DNA of 63,493 nt, filler included, from Chiloscyllium plagiosum (lineage: Eukaryota): assembly GCF_004010195.1 (NCBI RefSeq). It is 6 parts of 6 records of this genome, joined end to end, with 100 filler letters (N's around TTAATTAATTAA, not from the genome) between each part and the next. Parts side by side here need not be neighbours in the genome. Positions count along the whole stretch, not along the records: positions 1 to 30,385 come from NC_057717.1; positions 30,486 to 47,387 come from NC_057746.1; 4 more parts are not named here. One strand, given 5' to 3'. Positions within the stretch are counted from its first letter, which is position 1. Every line of letters starts with the position of its first letter. Below are positions 25,249 through 37,213 of the stretch, piece by piece. The position numbers and the translations under genes are program-made. Below the pieces are notes generated by a model. It was given only the letters and a program-made list of their open reading frames with translations. It searched no databases and was not told the origin of the DNA.

Positions 25249-25553
25249 GTATGTTGTACAGTAATAGATGGCGGTGTCTTCGATCTTCAGGCTCTTCATC
25301 TCCAACGCGAAGATGTTGTTTGAAGTGTCTTTGGACGCAGTAAATCGATTCTTAATCGCTGGGGCATAGTTACTGCTGGATGAACTTTAGTAATTAAGCA
25401 GCCACTCCAGCCCCTGTCCGGGAACCTGTCGGATCCAGTGCATCCAGTAACTGGTAAGATCGAAGCCGCTGGTTTTACAGGTCAGTCTCAGGGTGGTTCC
25501 TGGATGGCCAGTCTCTGCCTCTGGTTGAGTTAAAACGATCTCCGACTGGACAC
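25249..25553 (-). pseudogene. IGHV: IgM VH pseudogene, cluster 2 (in-frame TAA in CDR2), with a 23-RSS at 25210-25248
   Basis: [22 protein letters not shown]...LEWLLNY* with TAA at 25389-25387, where copy 1 has AAA. Confidence 0.95.
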
Positions 25554-25683
25554 CTTTAAAAATGAAAAAAAAAGAAACCATGAGAATTAATGCTGATACA
25601 ATGATGCCTGAGTCTTTTACATTTCTGACGCAGACTAACATTGAGACAGTAACAAAGAGAGACATGAAGAAAAAAACACTCAC

Positions 25684-25732
25684 ATGATAAGAATGTCAGT
25701 AACAAACTGAGAAAAAATGTCGACATAATCAT
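25684..25732 (-). pseudogene. IGHV: VH leader exon, cluster 2 ([17 protein letters not shown])
   Basis: ATG, 49 nt and a GTGAG donor; homologous to 3351-3399. Confidence 0.9.
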
Positions 25733-28700
25733 TCTGATAAGTTGTGGAAAACGGTTCTGTCAAGAGCTTTCTAAACAAACCAAATCCAGGAGTGTTGAAC
25801 TAAAGCACAGTGACCCGGATTTATATGATCATCAGAAGGGGCAGGTTTACAGGTTCCGCCTGTTGGTTTCCTGCTGGAGGCTGAGACTGGATCCTCGTAG
25901 CACCTTGCACAGTCCTTACAGATAGGGTCATGTTAACACGAGATTATACTTAAACGTGGAAATATATACACATCTTGGGATATTATTTTGCTGATTAGCC
26001 TGCTTGGAAGTGTTTTTTGAATGGACAAGTGAAATTTAACAGCTTGAAGTATTTTTCAGATGAGGTTTTCAGATATTTTGTTTAAAAGAACAAAACAAAT
26101 TCAATTGGAAGTTGGCTCTCTGTATTTTTACATGCATTCACGAGTAAATAAAACTAAAATCAAAGTTCGAAGATATTATCAGCCAAATAATTAACTGGCA
26201 CACTTTTTTCTGGACACTCCAAGTCTCCGCCACACTACAAAATAACTTGTAAATCATGCCAGATGTTTCTAAATGCACTTTATGCAACTGAATATAAAGC
26301 GTGTCCAAAGTTATTATGTATAGAATATTCAATTGGAAATTAAATCCCTTACATTCAACCACAAGCAGAAAAAAAAATCTAAAACGAAGTTCAATACCAT
26401 TGTCAGACAATACAATTAGTGACTTTATTTCTGCAACCACTCCAAGTTTCTCTCAAATTACAAAATAAGATATCATTTGTGTTTGGCGTTTCTAAATTCA
26501 GTTCAGGCAAGCTAATATCGAGCATGTCTAAAATGAATATGTTAAGAATGTGTGTGTATGTCACTAAACTGTTTGGACACGGAGATTAGAAGAACCTCAC
26601 CATATTACAGAATCTCTCTCCTTGTATCTTTTTTTTAACATGCACCGACCACAAGCTGGATATTTGAAAATGTTTTGCAAAGGAACGCTGTGTGCCCAGA
26701 AATAAAAAGTGGATTGAAAGTGATACGTAACACTCAGGTAAACCTTTGAAAGAGAATCTAATAAAGTGGAGCAGGTTGGTGAGAAGTTCGTGAATATTTC
26801 TCAACATCTAAACCATTGCAGGTAACTGTTTGGGTATATCAGGAGTGTCTGGCAAGTTTCAGAGTATTACATCAATAATTTCCACGGTTGTAGGTCATAA
26901 ACAGCACATTTCTCTGCGCATTGGTAACTGTGACACGGGACTTTCAACGAGTAGAAATCAGCGAAAACTATTCATTACACTACACCAGTGCTCACTATGT
27001 ATGAATGGTCCATTCGGTTTTCATGAGATGCATTAATCAGAGACTGGTGCAACAGGTTATGCGAGTTCAAGCCAATTCAAGTTTGTCAATTTACATTGAG
27101 AAAATGACAAATGTTAGTGCCATGTGGGAGTTTGGGTCCATTAACGTCATATTCAAGAGCTTTAAAAATCCTCAATACAAACGTTTTACTAACTAGGCTG
27201 ATCTTCAGCCGGAATTAATATAAATGTCTGTCATGCAATCAATTTCCTGTTTTCTGATTGTCACACAGTGAGTGGCCATCCTTGTTAAAGAAGAAATGCC
27301 AAGTGAAATGTGTCCATTTTGGATAAACGGGAATATAGTTTGTTTGGTTAGATTTTGTTTTAGTTGATTCATACTGCCTTTAATCTGCCAGATACAGTAG
27401 TTGGCAGCAATTAAGCCGACTGCAGAAATGGTTCTCGAGCTTCCAGTTTCATTTAAAAGAAGCATCTGGAGTCTCTGCAGTAGATCAAAGATATTTTGTC
27501 TCCCTGTTGACCACTTGCCAGAAAGCCAACGTCAAACCATAACCACTGCCTCGGCATAAATAAGTCTACTCAGCAGCAAAGCTACAGAAAATATTAATTT
27601 TCAGCTGTGCAACTTGGAGAACTGGTCCCTTCTCTCATTAAAACAAATATTCAGAGTATCAGTCACAACCAAAAAATCAACATTTCACTGGAGGATCACT
27701 ACAGCACTCTATGAAATTGAGGAAAAAAGCAGATAGATAGCTGTTCATGGAGTCATGGAGAGAAATCACTGAGAAACAGACCCTTCGGTCCAAACAGCCC
27801 ATGGGCAATCATAATCCCAAACTAATCTAATCCCACCGGTAGTGGCCCATATCCTCCCAAACAGCTCGTATTCATGGACTTAACTAAAAGTCTTTTAAAA
27901 TTTATAACTGAATTCATATCTAACTGTTCTTCTGGAAGATAATTCCTCACACGAACCATTCTCTGTGTATAAGTTGCCGCTGATATCATTTTAAAACGTT
28001 TCTCCTCTCACCTTAAAAAATGTTCTCTACACTTGAAATCCCCCACCCGATGGAAAAGACATTTGCCATTTTCCTTACCACTCATGACTTTTACAAACTT
28101 GTACAACGTCACCTCTCGAACTCTTACGCTCCAGTGAAAGATGTTCCAACCACCTGGATTTCCAACGGTGGATCTGTGCCTCACATTTTCCCGTGCGTTT
28201 AAATTAGAGATCCGCCTGCCTCCCCAGGTCCACATATTACATTCCTTGATATTATTTCAAAGAATTGAAAGGGACTTGTCATTCCTGTATTGTTCGATTT
28301 TATTTTGCTCCAAACATCATCACAAAATCATTGCTGATTCATGGGAGATCTCTGTGCGCACAATGTCTACTGAAATAACTACATTACCATCCTGAATGTA
28401 CTTCACAAGTGCACCTCTTGTTCACAAACGCAATTAGACCCCAGGGAACAGTGAATACCCTCTTTGCACGCCACCACACCTTCTCCTTTGCCCTTTGTGA
28501 AAACCGTATTGTTAGTATTAAGTAAAATAAATATATTTTGTTTTAACTTTCTTAATTCATGTTGCTGATCTTGGCTGAAAAACGGGATGTTGTTGTCAGC
28601 ATTTCTGGCGAACATGTGTGCATTAATTTTCATGTTAACTTAAATGTAATAAGTAAGTCAAGAACAGTTCAAATAACTCGAGAAACGACTATTAGAAACG

Positions 28701-29737
28701 GGTCATTAAGATTCTCAGGGCTGCACTAACTGTTTGAATACTGATATAGTTCTGCCTACAGTTTTCCCATAAGCCAGCATTTAATAGCATTGGATATCAT
28801 GTCTGTGTGGACAATGGATTTGACCTGACACAATGATCCCTACTGTCATGGCTCCGCATTGCCGTTTGCACTATTTCCATCATATTTTGACGTGAATACA
28901 AGTAATTTCCACAGTTGCTGGTGAAGTGATAGTTTACACAATATCAGTTAACGTTAATGAAATAAAACAGAAGAACAATGACAATTGAAACAAAAATTAC
29001 GACATCCATGCAGACATACTCGTGGGCACACACACTCATCTGACCACTTCATTACTGTCAGAATGGAAGTATTTTCGAATGAGTCTCGGAGGATGCTGCT
29101 AAGACTGGAAGAAAGCAGGAATAACGAAATTCTAGTTCACCTGGAGCTGTTCATTTGGAGCAGAGGAGATTGAGGGATATTTTTCTTAAGAAACACTCAA
29201 TTGTTATGCATGGATAAAATAGATGGGAAAAACCTCCTTAGCTTGGCTGGGGGGCGGGGGGGGGGGGGGGGAGGCGGTGGCGAGTTCGATAACTAAGGTG
29301 CTTCGACATAAGTGATCGACAGCAAACTCACGGGGAAGATTCGGGAAACTCACAATCTGTAAGGATAGTAGATGCAGGAACACTCAAATCATTAAAAATT
29401 AGCTTCACTATATACTTCATGTGCTATAACCTGAAGAGTTACGGGTAATATACTATGAAGTGGGTGTCGGTTGGGAGGTTCTCTTTTTACATGGCACAGG
29501 CCTGATGGGCGAAGTGATCCCTCTCTGTCATTAAACATTTCGATTATTCTAAATCCACCCTTCCTAATTCGAAGGCTGGAATTCATATGATTTATACGGG
29601 AAATGTTTCAAACTTTCATTTCAATGATATCCCAAATCAATAAACTCCACCCGACACTCTGTCTAGTGATGTGGAACTTAATGGTCGAGTTAATGATCCC
29701 AAATGATTCCTCGCATAACATCCCTTTATTCAAATAA

Positions 29738-30385
29738 TGATTTAGGGATGCCGGTGTTGGACTGGGCGTTAGAAAGTGAAAAATTACACCACAACAGGTT
29801 ATAGTTCAACAGGTTTATTTGGAAGCACTAGCTTTTGGAGCGCTGTTCCTTCATCAGGTGGTTGTGGAGTACAAGATTGTAAGACACAGAATTTGCAGCA
29901 AAAGTTTACAATGTGAATGTAACTTTAAGAATGTTCTGCGATTTACATATGAAAGAACTGAAACCAACATGTTCATTCTAAAAGATGAGAAAATTAAGAC
30001 AATCCAGTTCAATATTTAATTTAAGTTTCTCATCTTTTAGAATGAACATGTTGGTTTCAGTTCTTTCATATGTAAATCATAGAACATTCTTAAAGTTACA
30101 TTCTCAAGTGAACTTTAACAATTAGTCTCATGTCGGCCCAGATAATGCATTTAAGTTGTGAGGTGTCCTCTGTGAGACTGTCTGTGACACAATGTTCAGA
30201 CTGATTTTGATCTAGAAAAAGGACTTACAGAATCTAACATAGATTCGTGCAGTTTTTGAGAAAAATAAAATGTAATTCTTCAAGTACAAATTCACCCGAC
30301 AAATTTCTTTGTGTGTGTGTGTGTGTGTGTGTTTGTGCGTGTGTGTGTGTATATGGTGGGAGGTTATGAGCGTTCGTGTGAGCGT
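29738..30385 (-). mobile_element. Penelope-like element left arm (paralogous site of 7332), cut by the linker
   Basis: Same insertion site and same internal hairpin as copy 1. Confidence 0.8.
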
Positions 30386-30485
30386 NNNNNNNNNNNNNNN
30401 NNNNNNNNNNNNNNNNNNNNNNNNNNNNNTTAATTAATTAANNNNNNNNNNNNNNNNNNNNNNNNNNNNNNNNNNNNNNNNNNNN
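30386..30485. other. Artificial scaffold-join linker
   Basis: 44 N + TTAATTAATTAA (stops in all six frames) + 44 N. Confidence 0.97.
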
Positions 30486-30546
30486 CTCTCTCCCCACCCC
30501 CCCCCTCCTCTAGCTTATCTCTCCACGCTTCAGGCTCACTGCCTTT

Positions 30547-30582
30547 ATTCCTGATGAAGGGCTTTTGCCCGAAACGTCGATT
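30547..30582 (+). ncRNA. Minimal type I hammerhead ribozyme-like motif in a Penelope-type 3' fragment (30486-30680)
   Basis: CTGATGA-A-GGGC-TTTT-GCCC-GAA-ACGT-C: core boxes, a 4-bp stem II, palindromic ACGT in place of stem III, and a GUC triplet. Confidence 0.6.
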
Positions 30583-30679
30583 TCGCTGCTCGTTGGATGC
30601 TGCCTGAATTGCTGTGCTCTCCCAGCATCACTGATCCAGAATCTGGTTTCCAGCATCTGCAGTTATTGTTTTTACCTAG

Positions 30680-33365
30680 CAGGAAACTATAGTCCAGTCA
30701 GACTAACCTCTGTCATCGGGAAAATGCAGAGTTCATTTTAAAGAAAAACATAGAAGGCTATTTCAAAAAGCTTAATGCAGTCAGACAGAGTTAGCATGGT
30801 TTTGTGAAAGGGTAATCATATTTAATTAACTTTTTTGCTTGAGTTGTTCAAGGATATAACAAGCATGGTTGTTAAAGGGAAACTGGTGTTTGGATTTCCA
30901 GAAGTTAGTTGATAAGATGCTACATGAAAGATTACTGTTTAAGAGTGGAGCTCATGCCCCGGGGATAATGTGATGGCATGGACTGAGAAATAATTAACAC
31001 AAATAAGATACAGAGTTGGAACAAATGGGTCTTTTCCAGGGTGGAAAGACATAACAAGTGAGTGCCATTAGGGTCAGTCTGAGGGCCTCATTTATTTACT
31101 ATTTATATTAGTGATTTGTTGGAGGAGCAGAGTGTAAGGTAGCCATATTTGCTGATGATACAGAAGTAGATGGGAGACCCTGCTGTAATGAGGATATAAA
31201 GAAGCTGCAAGGAGTTCGGGGTAGGTTGAGTGAGTGAGTGAATAATTGGCAGGTGGAGTTTAATGTAGGAAAGTGTGAGGTCATGCACTTTGGTAGGAAA
31301 ACTCAAAAGGTTATTAGAGTCATAGAGATGTACAGCATGGAAACAGACTCTTCGGTCCAACCTGTCCAGGCCGACCAGATATCTCAACCCAATCTAGTCC
31401 CACCTGCCAGCACCCAGCCCATATCCCTCCAAACCCTTTCTATTTATATACCCATCCAAATGCCTCTTAAATGTTGCAATTGTACCAGCCTCCACCACAT
31501 CCTCTGGCAGCTCATTCCGTTCATGTACCACCCTCTGTGTGAAAAAGTTGCCTCTTTTATATCTTTCCCCTCTCACCCTTAACCTATGCTTCTAATTCTG
31601 GACTCCCCCACCCCAGGGAAAAGACTTTGTCTATTTATTCTATCCATGCACCTCATAATTTTATAAACCTTTATAAGGTCACCCTTCAGCCTCTGACGCT
31701 CCAGGGAAAACAGCCCCAACCTGTTCAGCCTCTCCCCACAGCTCAAATCCTCCAACCCTGGCAACATCCTTGTAAATTTTTCTGAATCCTTTCAAGTTTC
31801 ACAACANNNNNNNNNNNNNNNNNNNNNNNNNNNNNNNNNNNNNNNNNNNNNNNNNNNNNNNNNNNNNNNNNNNNNNNNNNNNNNNNNNNNNNNNNNNNNN
31901 NNNNNNNNNNNNNNNNNNNNNNNNNNNNNNNNNNNNNNNNNNNNNNNNNNNNNNNNNNNNNNNNNNNNNNNNNNNNNNNNNNNNNNNNNNNNNNNNNNNN
32001 NNNNNNNNNNNNNNNNNNNNNNNNNNNNNNNNNNNNNNNNNNNNNNNNNNNNNNNNNNNNNNNNNNNNNNNNNNNNNNNNNNNNNNNNNNNTCCAGTCTG
32101 AAAAATAACCCTCCACCACCACCCTCTGTCTTCTACCTTTGAGCCAGTTCTGTATCCAAATGGCTAGTTCTCCCTGTATTCCATGAAATCTAACCTTGCT
32201 AATCAGTCTCCAATGGGGAACCTTGTCGAATTCCTTACTGAAGTCCATATAGATCACATCTACTGCTCTACCCTCATCAATCTTCTATGTTACCTCTTCA
32301 AAAAACTCAATCAAGTTTGTGAGACATAATTTCCCACGCACAAAGCCATGTTGACTATCCCTAATCAGTCCTTGCCTTTCCAAATACATGTACATCCTTT
32401 CCCTCAGGATTCCCTCCAACAACTTGCCCACCACTGAGGTCAGGCTCACTGGTCAATAGTTCCCTGGCTTGTCTTTACCGCCCTTCTTAAACAGTGGCAC
32501 CACATTTGCCAACCTGGTGCCACTGTTTAAGAAGGTCGATAAAGACAAGCCAGGGAACTATAGACCGGTGAGCCTGACCTCAGTGGTGGGCAAGTTGTTG
32601 GAGGGAATCCTGGGGGACAGGTTGTACATGTTATTAAATGTAAAGAGACACCAAAAAAGTGCAGTAACAGAGCAATCTGGGTGATCTTGTGCATAAAACA
32701 CAAAATGTTAGCTTACAGGTGCAACAAATAATGAAGAAGGCAAATGAGATTTTGGCCTTAGTTATTAAGGATTTGGAGTTTGTTGCAGTTTACAAGTAGG
32801 GCGTCGGTGAGGCCACATCCAGAGTAGTGTGTACAGTTTTGGTCTGCATATTTAAAACAAAAGAATATACTAATATTGGAGTCAGTTCAAAGGAGATTCA
32901 CTCAGCTGATCCCTGGGATAAAGGATTAGATTCATCAAGAAGAATGAAACAGGTTAACCCTTTATTCATTGCGTTAAGAAGAATGAGGAGTGATCTTACT
33001 GATTCAGATAAGATCCTGTTGGGTTTCACAGGGTAAATGTTTTCACTAATAAGGGAATCCAGAACTAAGTGGCTTAGCTACAGAAAAAGAGGACCCTCAT
33101 TTATGACTGAACAATGTGAATGAATTTCTTATCCCAGAGGGTAGTGTTTGGAATTCTCAACCCAGAGACCTGTGGGTCGAGATTACTGAAAGTATTTAAG
33201 AGGAGGTAAATAGATTTTTGAAATATCAGGGAATTGAGGGTGACAATGAACTGACGTGGAAGGGGAATTGAGACCTGGAGCAGATCAGCCATGATCTTCT
33301 TAAATGGTGGGGCAGGAGTGGGAGTGATGAATGGTCCTATACCTACTCCTGTTTCTTATGTTCTT
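30680..33365 (+). mobile_element. Old CR1 LINE interrupted by a younger CR1
   Basis: WQVEFNVGKCEVMHFGRK continues after the insertion at 32637. RT motifs are decayed throughout. Confidence 0.8.
31317..32629 (-). mobile_element. CR1 LINE insertion with a 5' fold-back duplication
   Basis: YMDFSKEFDKVPH and FFTQRVV; TSD gttatta at 31310-31316 / 32630-32636. Confidence 0.88.
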
Positions 33366-36171
33366 AAAAGACCATAAAATGTACAAACAGATGTAGACCA
33401 TTCAGCCCATTGTGTCAGTTCCACTATATATTCCTGCCTTTTGTCCATAACCCTTTGAATCCCTTATGGATTAAACAACTATCTCACTCTAATATATACG
33501 TAATGGCCCAGCATCCACAACCCTCTGCAGTAAAGAATTTCACAGATTTGCTATCTTCTGAGAGAAGCAATTTTTCCTCACCTCTGCTTTAAATATGTGA
33601 ACCTTTATTCTGAAAGGGAACAACCTCTCCACATCTACCCTGTCACGTCCTATATGTTTAATAAGATCGGCTCTCATTCCTTTATATTCCAATTCTCCTC
33701 ATAAGACAGTCCCTGCCTACCCTAGTACCAGCCCAATGCCTTGCCTGGACGGTGATTAACGCTTTTATGCCTTTCCTTAGATAAGGGAACCAAAACTGTT
33801 CACAGTACTTCAGCTGTTGTCTGACTACTGTATATTTTTAGCAAAATCTCCCTACTTTTACATTCCATTTCCTTTGAAAGAAACGTCAATCTTCACAACT
33901 GTCTCTACCCTACTTCCTTCTATCTATTCCTACAAGAAAACTTATTCCAAATTACTCACATAAACCCTTACGAACTCCCAACTCCCCAGTCTTTACTTTC
34001 CATTAGTCATAACATTTTTCTAACAGTAGTTCTGTCTCATTGAAATTGACAAGGTAAATGCTAAGAGGATATTTCTCCTCTTGGGAGAGTCTAGGACCAG
34101 AGGCCATAATCTCAGTATAAAGGATGTTAATTTAAGACAGAGATGAGAGGAACTTCTCCCCTCAGAGGGTCATGTGTCTTTGGAACTCCCTTCCACAGAG
34201 AGCTATGGGTGCAGTATCCTTGTGGATATTTTAGTCTGAAATAGATTCTAGATTAGTCAGGGAATTGAGGGTATGGGTAAAGGGCTGGAAAATGGATGTG
34301 TGGCATGTAGGATCAGCCATTGTCCTATTGAATGGTGGAACAGGCTTAAGGGGCGAAATGGCTGATTCCTGTTCCTATTTCTTATGGTTTTATGGTCTTA
34401 TGTCTTCTTTAAGTAACTCTAGCTCCAGTAAAACCTTTCCTTCTTTCCTATCAGGGAACAATATGGTTATGATTTGTGTTCACTGAAGTCGAAGACCACA
34501 GATTTGAGTGTTTCTGGTGCACAACGAGATCTGTTTTTTGACCATTTCTACTACTGTTGGGTTCATTCCCTTCAACCTAAACTGCAAATCATTTCTGGAT
34601 TGTTTTGAGAACAAGAATAAGCTCTCAATCGTTTCTCCGCTATCTCATGAAACCTGTTCCCTCACCTCCAACGATAACAGTAAGGAGCTAAGTATAAAGC
34701 CTAAAGAATGACAGATGCTGGAAATCTCAACAAATACAGAACGCTGGAAAAACTCAGCAGGTCTGGCAGCACCTGTGGAAGGAAAGCAGAGTTCACATTT
34801 TGGGTCTAATGACATGTCTTCAGAACTGAAGTGTAAGGTACTTATGGATTCTCTATCAATACTGCCTCTGCCACTTCCCACCTGCCCTCTGACCTACCAG
34901 CTAATGCCCCTCCCCCACCTCCGTATGTAGACTTCTATAGACACTCTCCTATTTGCTCTAAACTTTTGTCCAAGTTTATCTTATCCATGAGATCCAATTT
35001 TTGTTCGTGTGATCCCATTCCATTAAACTGCTGACCATATGAGTTCCTTTCCTAGCACCATATCAACTAATATTCTCCTCCCTTAAAGTGCTGCTGTTAT
35101 TATCCTCCTAGTAACAAAACCAGTGCCCCATAATCACACCTCTTTCTCTTTCAAATTGCTCAATGTGTTGTAATTTCCCAAATTCAGGTCCACCATTTCT
35201 CCAATTCCACTTCTGCCCTGCCACAATACTGAAATGACCCACATCCTCTGTGACTGGGCTGCAATATTGCACATTATCGCCTTTATCACAGATAATTGAA
35301 CAGTCCTGCTCCAACACTTCTTATCTGATCACCAGCTCAGAGTGTGCTCTCACTTGGTTCACTCTTGCCTGTCTGGTCACAGACCCAGTCTGATCTGTAG
35401 CACATTGTTACTGACCTATATTCACTGAGAACCCCTAAAGAACCTGTCTTTTATTGTCTCTCCAAACTTTATCTTTGAGCATGGAATTAGTTTCAACAAA
35501 CATAAATCTATCTCTGACATCTCTCTTGATCCATTACTGCTGATTCATTTATTAGACGGTTTCTCCAACAAACATTTCTGGATCAGTAACAATTTCCTCC
35601 TGTTACATATTGGAAAGATCAAAGATATTGATTCTTGGTCTTGAGCACAATTCCTGGACTTGTCACCAATTTTGTTCCCTTCCCTGACTATGGTCTCAGG
35701 TTGTTTGTGGCCTTGTGACGAGCATCTGGGTGACTCAGTTGTTTGTACGTTTACATTAAAGTTTGATTCCAGAAGATCAGTAAAAAAGACACACCAGTGG
35801 AGTGGTGAAGGAGGTAAAGGATCTGCCTTCTGGATGAGATTTTAACGTCTGACCCCAAGTGCTCAACCAAGTGAATGTAAAGATTCCTGATGCACTACCT
35901 CAAAAATAAACAGCAAATGTAATTCTCGGTGTTATCCTTGGTCAATATTTATCTCTCTATCAAGGTGAAACAAAGCACTATCAGGCCATGCTCACATTGC
36001 TATTTGTGGGAGTTTGCCAAGTGCAAATTGGTTTCAGGGTTTCCTACAACGTAAGTGACACATTTCAAAACTCTCCTTCGGTTATAAAGCCTTTTGAGAA
36101 GTCTGATGGTGATAAGAAACACAAAATATTGGAAAGAATGAGATTTATAAAGACTGGCTGCATCTAACTAA

Positions 36172-37213
36172 GTTAAAAATCACACAACATCAGGTTATAG
36201 TCCAGCAGGTTTATTTGGAAGCACTAGCTTTCGGTGCGCTGCTCCTTCATCAGGTGGTTGTGGCGAATAAGATTGTAAGACACAGAATTTATAGCAAAAG
36301 ATTACAGAGTGATTTAACTGAAATTATATATTGAAAAAGACCTGGATTGTTTGCTAAGTCTCTCACCTTTCAGAATGACCAAGTTGGTTTCAGTTCTTTC
36401 ATATGTAAATCGCAAAACTTTTTAAAAAAAAGTTACATTCCTAAGTGAACTTTAACAATTGGTGTCATGTTGATCCAGATAATGCATTGAAGGTGTGAGG
36501 TGCCCTGTGTGAGACTGTCTGTGCCACAATGGTCAGACTGATTCTCATCTAAAAAACAGCAAACTAAAATTAATTCCGCAAGTACAAATTCACCCCAAAA
36601 ACATATGTGTATGTATGCACGTGTGTGTACGTGTGCAAGTGAGTGTAAAGGGGTTTAAGTCTGTGAGAGGGTGCGTGTGCGCATGGGAGTGTGGGAGTGT
36701 ACATGTGAGCATATGAAAGAGAACTTGTGTATGAGAAGAGGGTCTGTGAGAGTTATGGATCTGTAGGAGTGTGTGTGTCTGTCGAAGTGTATGTCTGCAG
36801 GAGTATCTGTGTGTAGTGCAGTTAGGTGACCTATAGTGTGGCATGAACCCAAAATCCCATTTGAGATCATTCCCATGGGTAACAAACGTGGCTATCAGCC
36901 TCTGCTCGGACCCTTTTCGTTGTTGCCTGTCCCAAAGTCTGCCTTGGAGGATGGTCACCCAAAGGTCTGAGTTCGAATGTCCCGGAATGCTGATGCGTTC
37001 TGACTGGGAGGGAACACTTCTGTTTGTCGATTGTTGTGTAGTGTCCATTCATCTGTTGCTGTAGCCTCTGCTCGGTCTCACCAATGTACCATCCCTCAGG
37101 GCATCCTTGCCTGCAACGTATGAGATAGACGACATTGGCTGAGTCAGACGAGTACGTGCCACGTACAAGGTGGGAAGGTGTCCCCACTGATGGTATCAGT
37201 GTCCAAGTCAAGA
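36172..37213 (-). mobile_element. 5'-truncated Penelope-like element (GIY-YIG endonuclease remnant, CA-rich spacer, terminal repeat)
   Basis: NVVYLIRCRQGCPEGWYIGET..RL...MNGH; near-TSD ctgcatctaactaa 36158-36171 / ctgcatataactaa 37214-37227. Confidence 0.88.
36222..36256 (-). ncRNA. Minimal hammerhead ribozyme-like motif in the Penelope terminal repeat
   Basis: CAC-CTGATGA-A-GGAGC-AGC-GCACC-GAA-AGCT-A-GTG: stem I CAC/GTG, stem II with one mismatch, and palindromic AGCT. Confidence 0.6.

Larger units (their letters stand above)
21963..30385. repeat. Segmental duplication copy 2 (direct repeat of 1-7964)
   Basis: Colinear with copy 1 apart from a few indels and a SINE insertion. It ends at a scaffold linker. 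Confidence 0.97.

Noticed and set aside
29245-29282. Poly-G tract present only in copy 2
   Set aside because: It lies in an indel of about 87 nt within a decayed LINE remnant, with no evidence of function.
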